Program-made: the position numbers and the translations under genes
In this document: piece by piece, positions 1-10,110 of the stretch
Layout of the letters: each line of letters starts with the position of its first letter
Position numbering within the stretch: position 1 is the first letter of the stretch
The notes under the pieces: generated by a model
The model's database searches: none
What the model was told of the DNA's origin: nothing
The model's input: the letters and a program-made list of their open reading frames with translations, nothing else
DNA from: Candidatus Micrarchaeota archaeon
GTDB taxonomy: Archaea > Micrarchaeota > Micrarchaeia > Norongarragalinales > Norongarragalinaceae
Direction: 5' to 3'
NCBI GenBank assembly: GCA_037444485.1
Contig: JBBIMI010000001.1
Coordinates: 15,526 to 79,525, forward strand
Length of the DNA stretch: 64,000 bases

Positions 1-3000
1 CAAATTCCGACAGCATTGCAAGTCGCGTGCGGCAACGGCGTGCTCACCAGCGCTCAATGCAGCGGCGGTTCAAGTGGAACTTGCGTTGGAACTTGCGCTT
101 ACGGACTAGAACAAGCGTACCCTGTTTACTACACCCTAACTACAGCAATCGATGGAGTCCAGTGTTCGACCGCGACTGCACGCATAATCGCGCCCATTCC
201 GACTACAGGCAACTTGCTTGTCCGCGTTACTGACTGTGATACAGGGGAACCACTGCAAAGCGCGCGCGTTTCCTTGAATACTCCGCCGCCAGTTTGTCAA
301 GCAACTTTCTGTGGTGACGGAACTTACAACGTTTTCACTAACTATACTACAATCCAATCAACCAACTTTTTCGTTATTACAGTAGAACGCGTGCCTGACG
401 GCGTTGACAACAGCACCAGCATTACTGTACGGGATTCAACGGGTGGTTTGATAATCGCGAATTACTCGATGGTTGTAGGCGACGCTTACACTATTCCAAA
501 CTCGCTTGCAGTTTCTTATGATGGGGTCGTAACGACGCAAGGTCAGTACGGGGCAAGGTTGACAGTAACCTCGTTAAGCGCGCCAGGCCCAGGCTGGCTT
601 GTTTATTATACCGACCAGTACGGTGAAGCGTTTGCAACTAACTTGAATCCAGGTGATTGGTTTGCTTGGGTGGCGCTGCAAGGGTACCAGTCTGCAAGTG
701 CGACAGCACCAGTCTACGCGGGCTTGACTACGACGCTCCCGATTTGTTTGACTCGCGCGCAGCCTGACTTTACTGCGCAAGTACTCAACGCGCCAACGTG
801 TCCTTACTCTACTGAGCCTACGCCGTACCAAATCAAGTTGACTAACAACTTGGGCGTTCAATTAACGCTTCTCGTAACTTACTCTAGTCCAGCAATTACC
901 GGCCCAAGCGTGGTCACGATTCCGCCTTACGGTTCCACGATTGTTGACTTGTTCGTCAATCCAACTCAAGGTTACGCTGGAGGAACGTTCGTGATGGTGA
1001 CTTTCACTCCACAAGAACCCCAAAACCCGCAGTCTACGCTTAGCCTCCAGTTGCCTGTTTGCTTGAGCGGAGGCCTAGACCTTGAAGCAGTAGTCGACTT
1101 CAAGACTGCTTTCGGTGGGGAACGCGTTTGCTACCCGCTTTTAGTCCGCAATACGGGTCTCGCGCGCGGAATCGTTGATTTAGTCGCTTCATTCAACTCA
1201 AGCGAAAATTTCGTCACCGAATTCATTCCGCAGTCTTTCTTCATCACCCCGCAAGAAATCAAGAACACTGAATTCTGCGTCACCACGCCGAAAAGCGCGA
1301 GCACTTCGCCTTCATTCTTGCTGCAGGCTTACAGCAGCATCAACAACGATAACGATTCAGTCACGCTTCAAGTTTACTCGCAAAACGCGTTCCACACGGA
1401 CTTTAGTGGGTGTCCTACGATAAACGCGACCACCACCGTTACCAACTACCCAATAACTATTTGGAATAACGCGCTCAGCAGCGATTACGAAATCGAGTTT
1501 ACTGAAAACGATTTGCTTGCAGTAACCGATCCAGTGATTTACGGTTTCGAGAAAGCTACTTCAAGGCAGATAAACATTCGCATGGACGCGTTCGGCCTCA
1601 ACGCAGGCGAGCATCGTTTCAACCTATTACTGAAGAAGGACGGCAACGTTGTCTTCCAACAACCACTTTGCTTTAACATAGCAGGCAGCAATTGGGTTTA
1701 CGCGCAATTAATGCCGTCTTCCCTACTAGTGCCTAAAATTGACGGCAAAACCACGTTGCTGAAAATAAAGAATCTTGGAACAGTGCGCAACGTTTACTCG
1801 ATAACCGCAGACTCTAACTTCACTTACGTTTTCATCACTCCAAACGAAGTCGCACTCAATCCAGGCGAAGAGACGAGCGTTGAAGTCCGCATCGCGCCTG
1901 CGTCAAGCGTTGCCAACGGCGAGTACGTCATTCCAATCAAGATTTTCGCGAGCACTCTTTCTAACGCCTCGCTTTACTCGGTCGCGTTCAACTGCGGCAA
2001 CGGAGAAACGAAGACGGTAACGTGTGGTTACGGCATTGGCTCGTGCCAAACTACTTGCAGTTATTCGACTGCAGGCAGTTTCCTCGCGAACGCGCTTATC
2101 GACGGGCAATCGTGTTCCACTCCAGTACGCGTCCTCGACTCTATTCAAAACAATTCGATTGTCTTAAGCGTTTTTCCGGACAACAACGCTCAAGGATTCG
2201 CCTCAAGCGTCAACATCAATTACTATAACTTAAGCGTGGACACGCAGCCACCCCAATTCGTTGGCAACGTGATTGTCAACGCTTCGAACGCCACCGCGTA
2301 CATCTTGTGGAGTACTGGCGAGCAGTCGAACGCGACCATCAAATTCGGCACTACGATTGACTTAAGCGCGAGCGCAAGCAACTCCACGTTCTCAACCTCG
2401 CACAATCAAACGCTTTCAAGCCTCACACCAAACACCCAGTACTACTTTACTGTCAGTGCATGCGATTCTGTAAGCAACTGTAATACTACGAACGTGATGA
2501 GTTTTACTACGACCGCGCTTGACACCCAGCAAAACAATTACTCTATCAACGTTTCTTCAACCACTTCCTCGAGCGGCACTTTAAGCATTACTGTCAACTG
2601 CGGCAACGGATTGACTGTCCCTGCAACCTCGTGTTACGGCACTACAGGTAGTTGCAGCGCAGCGTGTTATTACTCTACCGCAGGCACGTTCACGGTTACA
2701 GCAACAGCAAGCGGCGTGACTACAACGCCGACGGTTTACGACGCGCGCGTAATCGCAAGCAACCCGAACGACGTTTCATGCGCGTTAAGCGCGACGCAAA
2801 ACATTGTGCGCGGAAACGATGCCAGCATCACGATGAAGTATTACAACATTCCTGCTCCCTCGAGTGGTGGAAGCGGAAGCGGCTTACTCGAAACGCTTAA
2901 CCTTCTCGTGAGCGTAGTCAGCGGCGAACAGAGCGCGTTCGAGCCAACAGTATCGCCTGACTTCATCATAGTCGTACAACCAATTGAAGTTGTTCAAGGC

Positions 3001-3765
3001 ACTGTAACCCGCGTGCCAATAATTGTTAGGAACGACAATTACTACTCGCTTTCATCAGTCTTAGTTTACGTGAAAGACTTGCCAGGAGGCGTTTCAATGG
3101 ATTCGCTAACACCGTTCTCGCTCGCTTCAAAAGAAGAGAAAACAGTTTACGCGTACTTCAACGCGAAAAACGCTGTTCCTGGAAACTACCAGGTCGAGAT
3201 TCACGCCGATTCCGCGCTAGTCTCTGCGCAACCGAAAAGCGTTTCCTTTACGATAAAACCAGCTGCTGAAGCGCCGCTTAACTTCGGCGTGAGCGAGCCT
3301 TCGCTTGCTTTCACGAATGTTGGTGGCAAAGACGCGATTAACGCGAGTTTCTCGATTCAAAACAATGAAGCCACTGTAATACAGTACTCTGTTTTCGTCG
3401 AACTGCCGACTGGTTGGACTTACCAAATCGCGCCTTCAAGTGGAACACTTGAACCAAGCAAAAGCGCGAGTTTCAATGCATTGATTTTCCCGACCGGCTT
3501 CGACTCAAGCAAAGAGTACGATGCTAGTATAGTAATCCGCACCCCAGACAATAAAGTCAAGCGTCACGCATTCAAAATATCTGCATCCCGCTTCTCGCCT
3601 TTCAGCGGCTTGTTCATCGCGCTTTCAAGTGATTTTGGATTAGTAGTCCTGTTGCTAGCTGCGCTGGCAGTCGGAGTGGCCCTAGCAGTGTTTTCAAGCA
3701 GGAATTTAAAGCGCGCTAAAGAAGCGCGTTCAGAAGCCGGGGTTCCACCTGTAGTGACAGAGTAG
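1..3765 (+). CDS. Giant cell-surface protein, 5'-partial (frame open to the window edge). It has a Ser/Thr/Asn-rich extracellular region, three copies of a Cys-rich module (CGNG..T..CYG.GSC...CYYSTAGxF), and a C-terminal TM anchor followed by a basic tail.
   Basis: 1249-aa ORF with no stop before position 1 and no signal peptide in the window. Composition is typical of archaeal S-layer or adhesin proteins. The hydrophobic stretch LVVLLLAALAVGVALAVF is followed by RNLKRAKEAR at the C-terminus. Confidence 0.6.
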   Translation, partial: QIPTALQVACGNGVLTSAQCSGGSSGTCVGTCAYGLEQAYPVYYTLTTAIDGVQCSTATARIIAPIPTTGNLLVRVTDCDTGEPLQSARVSLNTPPPVCQATFCGDGTYNVFTNYTTIQSTNFFVITVERVPDGVDNSTSITVRDSTGGLIIANYSMVVGDAYTIPNSLAVSYDGVVTTQGQYGARLTVTSLSAPGPGWLVYYTDQYGEAFATNLNPGDWFAWVALQGYQSASATAPVYAGLTTTLPICLTRAQPDFTAQVLNAPTCPYSTEPTPYQIKLTNNLGVQLTLLVTYSSPAITGPSVVTIPPYGSTIVDLFVNPTQGYAGGTFVMVTFTPQEPQNPQSTLSLQLPVCLSGGLDLEAVVDFKTAFGGERVCYPLLVRNTGLARGIVDLVASFNSSENFVTEFIPQSFFITPQEIKNTEFCVTTPKSASTSPSFLLQAYSSINNDNDSVTLQVYSQNAFHTDFSGCPTINATTTVTNYPITIWNNALSSDYEIEFTENDLLAVTDPVIYGFEKATSRQINIRMDAFGLNAGEHRFNLLLKKDGNVVFQQPLCFNIAGSNWVYAQLMPSSLLVPKIDGKTTLLKIKNLGTVRNVYSITADSNFTYVFITPNEVALNPGEETSVEVRIAPASSVANGEYVIPIKIFASTLSNASLYSVAFNCGNGETKTVTCGYGIGSCQTTCSYSTAGSFLANALIDGQSCSTPVRVLDSIQNNSIVLSVFPDNNAQGFASSVNINYYNLSVDTQPPQFVGNVIVNASNATAYILWSTGEQSNATIKFGTTIDLSASASNSTFSTSHNQTLSSLTPNTQYYFTVSACDSVSNCNTTNVMSFTTTALDTQQNNYSINVSSTTSSSGTLSITVNCGNGLTVPATSCYGTTGSCSAACYYSTAGTFTVTATASGVTTTPTVYDARVIASNPNDVSCALSATQNIVRGNDASITMKYYNIPAPSSGGSGSGLLETLNLLVSVVSGEQSAFEPTVSPDFIIVVQPIEVVQGTVTRVPIIVRNDNYYSLSSVLVYVKDLPGGVSMDSLTPFSLASKEEKTVYAYFNAKNAVPGNYQVEIHADSALVSAQPKSVSFTIKPAAEAPLNFGVSEPSLAFTNVGGKDAINASFSIQNNEATVIQYSVFVELPTGWTYQIAPSSGTLEPSKSASFNALIFPTGFDSSKEYDASIVIRTPDNKVKRHAFKISASRFSPFSGLFIALSSDFGLVVLLLAALAVGVALAVFSSRNLKRAKEARSEAGVPPVVTE

Positions 3766-3870
3766 GCTTGAAAGCGAGTAAGCCGTACGCGGAGCCGGTG
3801 CATGCAGGCTAGTGCTGGCAAGCAAGCGCATGAAACCGTCAAACAAGAAACGAAGAGGGAACGTAAAAAA

Positions 3871-6630
3871 ATGGGTTTAGTTTCAAAAAACTTTGCGGTT
3901 TTCTTCGCAATCGCTTTCGCAGCGTTCGCCGTAAGCGTTTCAGCGAATTCGCTTGTCTTCGTTTCGCCGAGTTGGCAGCAAGGCTGCCAATGCGACCCGC
4001 AGACTTTCGTAGCGCGTTTAACTAACGACAACGCGGAAAGCGAGGTTTACGACCTCTTTATTTCAGGACTAGACCCGGATTACTTCAGCTATTTCGCGAC
4101 TCCCCGCGTTGAAGTGCAACCGCACTCGAGCAACGAAGTAATGGCTTTCATTACTCCGCGTTGTTACGCGGACGGGGGAAACTATTCGTTTTCAATCAAA
4201 GCAGTCGGCAGTAGGGGAAGCTCGCACTCGCTTTCCGGAATCACGCAAGTAGTGCAATGCCACTCGCTTCGATTAAGTGTAACGCCAGAGCAAAGCGTTT
4301 GCGGGGGCGACGAAGCGACTTTCTTAATCACGCTCAAAAACAACGGAATCTTTCAAGAAACAGGCAACATTACTACCGACTTGCCTGCAAGCATGCACTC
4401 GCTCGCTGACAAGAGCTTCAACTTGAAGCCAGGCGAAGAAAAACAATTCCGTTTGTACGTCCAGCCGCCTACGCGCATGCCCCCAACGCGTTTAGCTTTT
4501 AAAGTAGAAGCCACTTCACATAACGCTTTCCGCAGGGAATACGCTGCGCTCGTAGTCCGCGATTGCTCCGGCTTGCAAATCGTAGTTCCGCCAGTAATCT
4601 ACTTGCAACCCGGCGAACAAGCAGACACCCCAGTTTACTTGATTAACACTGGCGCGAGCGATGGTTTCAACTTACGAAAGGAATGCCCGCAGTGGACGAG
4701 CTTAAGCGACGCAAGCGTCACCCTCGCAGCCGGAGAAAACAAGACTACCACGCTGCGTTCAACCCCGCCAGCTGACGCGGTAAACAAAGAATTTGCGTGC
4801 GCTATTCGCGCGGATTCAAAAAAATTCGGCAAGCAATTCAGCGCTAACACGAAGCTAGTAGTCCAACAACTTTACTCTGCCAGCTTAAGCGCTAATGTTT
4901 CCGGCGACGAGGTGCGCGCCTGCAAAGGCGAAGGCGCGACGGTTCGCTTCACGCTCTCGAACACCGGCAAGCAAGCTGCCTTCACGCTTTCAGCAAGCGG
5001 CGTGCCAGGCGCTTTAAGCATGAACAGCGTTACAGTAAACGCGAACTCAACGCAATCATTCGATTATAACATAGATAGCGCTGCAGCCGCGATCGGGGCT
5101 TACACTCTAACCGTGCAAGCAAGCAACTCGTATTACTCGACGAGCAAATCCATTCGCGTTACAATAGAAGATTGCTTTAACAGCGGGTTGACCGCGAACA
5201 CGAATTCGCTTACGCTTTGCCCAACGCAGTCAAGCACCATCACGCTCACGATTTCAAACAAGGGAACCCGCGCCGACGAATTCACTCTCGCCGTCAGCGG
5301 CCAAGACGGCCTGCAAACGCGGTTAAGCAAAACAACGTTTTCGCTCGCCGGAAACGCGAGCGACCAAGCAACGCTTGAAATCACCGCGCCGTTAAACGCG
5401 CAAGCAAACACTTACGCAGTCACGCTCACGCTTGAAGACGGTTCAACTGCTACTCTGCCGATAAGCGTGCGCGTTCCAACGCAAAGCGAATGCCGCAGTA
5501 TCGAGTTGATTCCGCAAACATGGTACTTGAATTCCACGTTATGCCGCGGAGGCGTTATTGAAATCGAGGTTAAAAACAAGGGATTGTTTACTGAAACCCT
5601 CACGCTTTCCGCAGAAGGCGTTTCATGGGCTTACATCACGCCAAACAAGCTAACAATAAAACCGCAATCAAGCGCTAAAACGTACTTGTACGTTGCAGCC
5701 CCATTCTCAACACCGCCCGGAATATACTACATTACACTCAAAGCATTCAACGACTTCATTAACGAAAGCATTCGCTTAACCGCAGAAATCAAGGAATTAC
5801 CGCCTGAAGAGTACTACAAAAGCAAGGGCGTAAAACCAACAGACTACGCGATTACGTTAACCCCACCCCCGCAAATCAAGACCGAGACGAACGCAATCAA
5901 GCAAGTAAACTTTAAAATCAAGAACACGGGCGTCGGAGTAATTCACGACGCGCGAATCTTCGTGCAAAGCGACTTGCTCACAATCGCCAACCAAACACTC
6001 GAACCAATCGAAATCAAGCCCAGCGAAGAAAAAACAATAACGCTCGCGCTTCAAGCGAAAAAACAAGGAGAGCACGAAGCGCTAGTGCGCGCGGTTGCTC
6101 GCGAGACTTTCGCTGAAGCGAAAACGCGTTTGATTGCAGGCGTTCCCACGCTTTCAATACGAGAAACAGGCAAGCGCATGGTTAACGCGAGCGAGAACAG
6201 TAAAGTGTTTCAAGTTACTTTCAACGTCACGAACCTCGACGGAGAAACCATAGTAACGCCGCGCGGTGCGAACGCGGTCTTCACTCCAGAAACACTAACG
6301 CTCAAGCAAGGCGAAAGCGCGGTTTTCACTGCTAGCGTCAACACGCAGATTGAAGTCAACCAAACGTTCGGCTTCGAGTTCAAAACAAACCGCGGCGTTT
6401 ACTACGCTGAAACTCGAATTGAAAGCACTGGAATCCCGTCAACAGGCTTCGCTGGCGCGAGCCTAACAGGCTTGTTCGCAGGCGCGAACGCTACGATAAT
6501 CGGCTTCATAATCGCTCTCGCAGCAGGCCTAATAGTGGTTTACTTGCTGCTCAAGCACGACGCAATCAAAATAAAGCGTCAACCCGGCGCGCCGAAAACG
6601 AAAAGCAAAAAACCACCAATTGAAGAATAA
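3871..6630 (+). CDS. Large secreted, membrane-anchored surface protein with an N-terminal signal peptide, a beta-rich extracellular region and a C-terminal TM anchor plus basic tail.
   Basis: ATG at 3871 gives MGLVSKNFAVFFAIAFAAFAVSVSA, which is signal-peptide-like. The C-terminus IIGFIIALAAGLIVVYLLL is followed by KHDAIKIKRQPGAPKTKSKK. Domain-repeat-like segments resemble the upstream paralog. Confidence 0.6.
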   Translation: MGLVSKNFAVFFAIAFAAFAVSVSANSLVFVSPSWQQGCQCDPQTFVARLTNDNAESEVYDLFISGLDPDYFSYFATPRVEVQPHSSNEVMAFITPRCYADGGNYSFSIKAVGSRGSSHSLSGITQVVQCHSLRLSVTPEQSVCGGDEATFLITLKNNGIFQETGNITTDLPASMHSLADKSFNLKPGEEKQFRLYVQPPTRMPPTRLAFKVEATSHNAFRREYAALVVRDCSGLQIVVPPVIYLQPGEQADTPVYLINTGASDGFNLRKECPQWTSLSDASVTLAAGENKTTTLRSTPPADAVNKEFACAIRADSKKFGKQFSANTKLVVQQLYSASLSANVSGDEVRACKGEGATVRFTLSNTGKQAAFTLSASGVPGALSMNSVTVNANSTQSFDYNIDSAAAAIGAYTLTVQASNSYYSTSKSIRVTIEDCFNSGLTANTNSLTLCPTQSSTITLTISNKGTRADEFTLAVSGQDGLQTRLSKTTFSLAGNASDQATLEITAPLNAQANTYAVTLTLEDGSTATLPISVRVPTQSECRSIELIPQTWYLNSTLCRGGVIEIEVKNKGLFTETLTLSAEGVSWAYITPNKLTIKPQSSAKTYLYVAAPFSTPPGIYYITLKAFNDFINESIRLTAEIKELPPEEYYKSKGVKPTDYAITLTPPPQIKTETNAIKQVNFKIKNTGVGVIHDARIFVQSDLLTIANQTLEPIEIKPSEEKTITLALQAKKQGEHEALVRAVARETFAEAKTRLIAGVPTLSIRETGKRMVNASENSKVFQVTFNVTNLDGETIVTPRGANAVFTPETLTLKQGESAVFTASVNTQIEVNQTFGFEFKTNRGVYYAETRIESTGIPSTGFAGASLTGLFAGANATIIGFIIALAAGLIVVYLLLKHDAIKIKRQPGAPKTKSKKPPIEE

Positions 6631-6695
6631 GTTGATTACGGTTTATTACGGGTTTCCTCCTTGTTTTTATTTTTCGAAAGCCTAGTGGTTAAGAT

Positions 6696-7373
6696 GTGGT
6701 TAGCATGAACGTAAAACCAGTTCCCCTATTCCCAGGAGTTTACGAGATAGGCGGCACGCTCGCCACGCGCTCGCTCACGCCGAGCTTTAAAGTCCACGGC
6801 GAACGCTTGCATGAAATTGGTGGCGTCGAGTACCGCGAGTGGAATCCGCATCAAAGCAAGCTTGCAGCAGCAATCGCGCGCGGCTTGCGTGAACTCCCAA
6901 TTCACGAAGGCTCGCGAGTACTCTACCTTGGGGCTGCTCAAGGCGCGACCGCGAGCTTCGTCAGCGACATTGTTGGCGAAAAAGGCGTAGTGTACTGCGT
7001 TGAAATAGCCCCTCGGGCCGCCAGCGACTTGATTCGCGTGTGCGAGCAACGCGAAAACATGGTTCCCATTCTGGCTGACGCGCGCAAGCCCGGCGAGTAC
7101 GCTAACGAAATCAGGGGTTGGGTGGACGTGGTTTTCGAGGACGTGGCAGACCCACAGCAAGCGGAAATCCTGAAAACGAACGCCTGCTTTCTCAAGCGCG
7201 GCGGCGCAGCGTTGCTCGCAGTCAAGGCGCGCAGCGTGTCAAGCGTTGAAGAACCGAAACGCGTTTTCGAGAGAGTAAAACGCGAGCTCGCAAGCGTTTT
7301 CGAACTAGTTCAGGAAATAGACATTTCGCCCTTCGAGAAAGACCACGAAATGCTCGTTTTGAGAAAGAAATAA
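6696..7373 (+). CDS. flpA: Fibrillarin (rRNA/tRNA 2'-O-methyltransferase).
   Basis: Full-length match to archaeal fibrillarin: VYE.GG.LATRSL, EYREWNP..SKLAAAI, RVLYLGAAQGAT.SFVSDIV, KARSVSS. 225 aa. Confidence 0.9.
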   Translation: MVSMNVKPVPLFPGVYEIGGTLATRSLTPSFKVHGERLHEIGGVEYREWNPHQSKLAAAIARGLRELPIHEGSRVLYLGAAQGATASFVSDIVGEKGVVYCVEIAPRAASDLIRVCEQRENMVPILADARKPGEYANEIRGWVDVVFEDVADPQQAEILKTNACFLKRGGAALLAVKARSVSSVEEPKRVFERVKRELASVFELVQEIDISPFEKDHEMLVLRKK

Positions 7374-7394
7374 AGAAAAAGCTTTTCGCCAAAC

Positions 7395-8168
7395 TCAGAC
7401 AAAACGCTGAAGATGATTTTGTTTTATAAAACGCTGAAGATGATTTTGTTTTATGTATTCCGCCCTCTCTGCCGCCATATTTGAGGTAAGGTTTTCGAGT
7501 TGGCTTATGGCGCCTTTGATGGCTTCCCTTGCTCTTGAGTGAAGCTCCTTTTTTTCGCCGTAATAGTCGTGAAGCATGCCTGAAGCAATAGTTTTTAAGT
7601 CAATAAAATATTGTTTTTCTTCAATTTTTCCAGAAAACTTTAGGTTTAGAACGCGTTCCAAAAGGTCAAACATTTTTGGGTTTGCCGTCATCAAAGGAGT
7701 GGTTAAAGATTCAATTTCTTTTAGCGTTCTCCCGGCTTCAGTTAACTCTTCCACATGCGTTCCTTTCTCGGGGGAATATTTACTGGTTTTGAGTTCTATC
7801 CTGTGAAAACTCTCTTCTTTAGGGAAATATTTAGGTATTATTAGCTCCGAATCGAGATTGGCTCGGAGGAGTCCAAGCCCAGAATACAGGAGACGCAGGT
7901 TCGTTTCCTTCATCAAATTTTCGATTTTCTCATTTAGATTATGAACTTCTCTTACTTTATCATTTAAAATGCGTTGAAAGTAATTCAAGTGAATTCCGCC
8001 GCGGGTTTTAATCTCTTCACCTCCAATCACACCAACCTTAGGGACTTTAAAGACTCCGAACTCGCGAGACTTGATGAACGAGTTCAAAAATTTTTTTTGT
8101 TCTTTAGTCAAATTTGGTTTATTCGTGCCTTTATACAGCCGCCAATAGGGCAACGCCATTAAGTCCAC
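7395..8168 (-). CDS. Hypothetical protein. The C-terminus is encoded by a tandem 27-bp duplication (IKQNHLQRF twice).
   Basis: 257-aa ORF of coding-like composition with no recognisable motif. It is not a Nop5/NOP-domain protein despite the fibrillarin neighbour. Confidence 0.45.
   Translation of the reverse strand: MDLMALPYWRLYKGTNKPNLTKEQKKFLNSFIKSREFGVFKVPKVGVIGGEEIKTRGGIHLNYFQRILNDKVREVHNLNEKIENLMKETNLRLLYSGLGLLRANLDSELIIPKYFPKEESFHRIELKTSKYSPEKGTHVEELTEAGRTLKEIESLTTPLMTANPKMFDLLERVLNLKFSGKIEEKQYFIDLKTIASGMLHDYYGEKKELHSRAREAIKGAISQLENLTSNMAAERAEYIKQNHLQRFIKQNHLQRFV
7405..7458. repeat. Perfect tandem direct repeat (2 x about 27 bp, aaacgctgaagatgattttgtttta) in the convergent terminator zone between fibrillarin and the 7395..8168 gene.
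   Basis: Read directly from the sequence. Confidence 0.7.
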
Positions 8169-8448
8169 CTCCGCAGGAAGCCAAGGAAGCCGAATTACTT
8201 AAAACTATATTATTAGACAACTCCGCCAACACCGGAATTTAAGTCAAAAATTTAATCGAACTTATGGTGCTGTAAATCTCATAACTTACGGTCGTTACCA
8301 TCGGAGGACGCCATCGGGGATGACAGCGTGAAGAGTATGTTGAAGAAAAAAAGTTTAAACAAAAGTCTTTCATTAACCATTAACCAACCACCCCGCTTTC
8401 ACTCTTATTTTAAATGTGGTTAGAGCATTTACTGAAAATTAGCATTTG

Positions 8449-8464
8449 TAATATATATATATAT
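8449..8464 (+). promoter_or_regulatory. (AT)n TATA-box-like element about 27-40 nt upstream of the 5S rRNA 5' end.
   Basis: atatatatatatat sits immediately upstream of 5S. Archaeal TATA boxes are centred near -26. Confidence 0.4.
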
Positions 8465-8490
8465 CGGTTAGTGTGTATAATGTTATTCGG

Positions 8491-8607
8491 TTGGCGGCCA
8501 TAGGAGGGTGGAAACGCCCAGTCCCATTTCGAACCTGGAAGCTAAGCACCCTTACGACGTGGCGAGTACTGGAGTAATTCCGGGAAAGCCTGTTGCTGCC
8601 ACCACTC
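8491..8607 (+). rRNA. rrn5: 5S ribosomal RNA.
   Basis: ttggcggccatagg...gtcccatttcgaacc.ggaagctaagc...ggcgagtactg..gtaattccgggaa.gc..gctgccacc matches the archaeal 5S consensus, and the two ends pair. Exact ends are +/- 3 nt. Confidence 0.8.
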
Positions 8608-8671
8608 AAAATACTGGTTTCAATTAACCGAATTTTTTATCAATTTGTTAGGATTCGTAGTATTGGCGAGT

Positions 8672-9202
8672 TTAATGTCTGTATTTTCTGGCGAGTTCAA
8701 GTTCTTTTAGACGACGCTCGCAATTATTACGTAGATACCCAGCCATTTTACGATCTACGAGATCCAGTTGTTTTACAACTTTTTCAAAATTTGTCTTAAA
8801 CGGTTCTATTAACTTCTCATTATATAGATGCAAGTTATCGAGCAAGTCTAGCGCGTTGATTTTTGAATTTAGCAACCACTTTCTCTCAGAACCTAGTGTT
8901 TTTTTTTTGGAGGAGTGTTGCAGCACGTCAAAAAAAAACTTGAGTTGAGGCGTCAACGCCTTTGCCAGCAAATTGTTGGCCTCGTAACCGTGAGCTTTAG
9001 AAACATGTTCAAGCGCGTCTCTCATTTTTCGTTTGTTCGTATCAATCAATATCCAGACGTTGTGAAAATTTGTTTCATCTTTGTTTCCGTAATACTCTTC
9101 TTTAAGTAATTTATTTAAGCCGTTTAATTCTTTAAGGTCTTCAACTACACGGCGCAGTTTATCTTGTTCATGTTTCAGAAGTTTGAGTTCAAAATTTTTC
9201 AA
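8672..9202 (-). CDS. Hypothetical coiled-coil protein.
   Basis: 176-aa ORF, K/E/L-rich, with no recognisable motif. Confidence 0.4.
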   Translation of the reverse strand: MKNFELKLLKHEQDKLRRVVEDLKELNGLNKLLKEEYYGNKDETNFHNVWILIDTNKRKMRDALEHVSKAHGYEANNLLAKALTPQLKFFFDVLQHSSKKKTLGSERKWLLNSKINALDLLDNLHLYNEKLIEPFKTNFEKVVKQLDLVDRKMAGYLRNNCERRLKELELARKYRH

Positions 9203-9354
9203 AAATTTACTTGTCCTTTTGGAAGCTCTCCTAAAATTGCTTTGTATCGTTTTTATGCGCTATACTTGTAGAGAGATAAAGAAAGTTTAGGCAGGCTTAC
9301 CACTCTTGAAATGGTTTTAAACAAGTTAAAGCGTTTAAAATAAAACGCTTTGTT

Positions 9355-9732
9355 TTGCGTTCGCTTGCTTTAAATGCTTTAAAAAGTTTTAAAACCATTG
9401 TTTTTTTAATTAATTGGTTGGAGGGCTTGGGAGGGGGTTTTGGTTTCTTGAGCGAATTGGTTGCTTGGAGTGCTTACGCCGCGTTGATTCTAGTCTCGCT
9501 CGTCTTTTTTTGGAGCGTTGAAAAAAGTTTTGCGGACGCGGGCAAGCGCTTGGAGCTAGCGCGCCAACGCATCGAATTACAGAACGCGTTGTTGAAAGAC
9601 GCGAGGATAGAGTTGAATGAAATCCGTAAAACGCTTCCCGCGAAAGCGGGAATAAGAGAGATAGAAGAAAGACTTGAGAAAGCAACGCGTGTGATTCTCA
9701 ACGCGCAAGCAATTAAAGCCAAAAGCAAGTAA
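9355..9732 (+). CDS. Small membrane protein with one TM helix and a C-terminal coiled coil.
   Basis: TM helix WSAYAALILVSLVFFW is followed by heptad-like LELARQRIELQNALLKDARIELNEIRK. It is a paralog-like neighbour of the 9772 ORF. Confidence 0.4.
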   Translation: MRSLALNALKSFKTIVFLINWLEGLGGGFGFLSELVAWSAYAALILVSLVFFWSVEKSFADAGKRLELARQRIELQNALLKDARIELNEIRKTLPAKAGIREIEERLEKATRVILNAQAIKAKSK

Positions 9733-9771
9733 ATAAAACGGAAGGCAAGTAAGGGAGCGTGCGAAAAAAAA

Positions 9772-10047
9772 TTGGTTGAAGGGTTGAGCGCGACTACAAT
9801 CGCTTTGCTTGGATTCGCGTTGTTATTGTTTATCGTTTTAGTCAAGACTGTTTACAGGTTCAAGCGAGACTTGATTGAAAAAACAAGTGAAATAGAGGGA
9901 AAACTCGGCGAACTCGAAAAAGAAACAGCGCTTACAAAAAAAGTTTTGAGTGAAGTAAGGGATGACGTGCGGCAAAAGATTGATGTTGCTTACCTCGACA
10001 AACGCATTGAAGGACTAATTCAATTGTTTGAAAACAAGTCTTCTTGA
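9772..10047 (+). CDS. Small membrane protein with an N-terminal TM helix and a coiled coil.
   Basis: TM helix TTIALLGFALLLFIVLV is followed by EIEGKLGELEKETALTKKVLSEVRDDVRQKID. Same architecture as the upstream ORF. Confidence 0.4.
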   Translation: MVEGLSATTIALLGFALLLFIVLVKTVYRFKRDLIEKTSEIEGKLGELEKETALTKKVLSEVRDDVRQKIDVAYLDKRIEGLIQLFENKSS

Positions 10048-10110
10048 AAAAAACTAAAACAACTAAACAAACACTAAAACGAAAACAAACACTAAAACGA
10101 CTACTAGAAA

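Noticed and set aside
7395-8168. Nop5/Nop56-58 homolog expected next to fibrillarin
   Set aside because: The protein lacks any NOP-domain-like segment (no GAEKAL..., no ...HLxxPxxGLI... motifs) and has the wrong length and orientation. It is kept as hypothetical.
8222-8340. Possible small ncRNA (C/D-box sRNA or tRNA-like) upstream of 5S with repeated ccatcggrgg and a GATGA element
   Set aside because: No credible cloverleaf could be drawn, and there is no C-box/D-box pair with proper spacing or guide complementarity. It is left unannotated and needs an Infernal scan.
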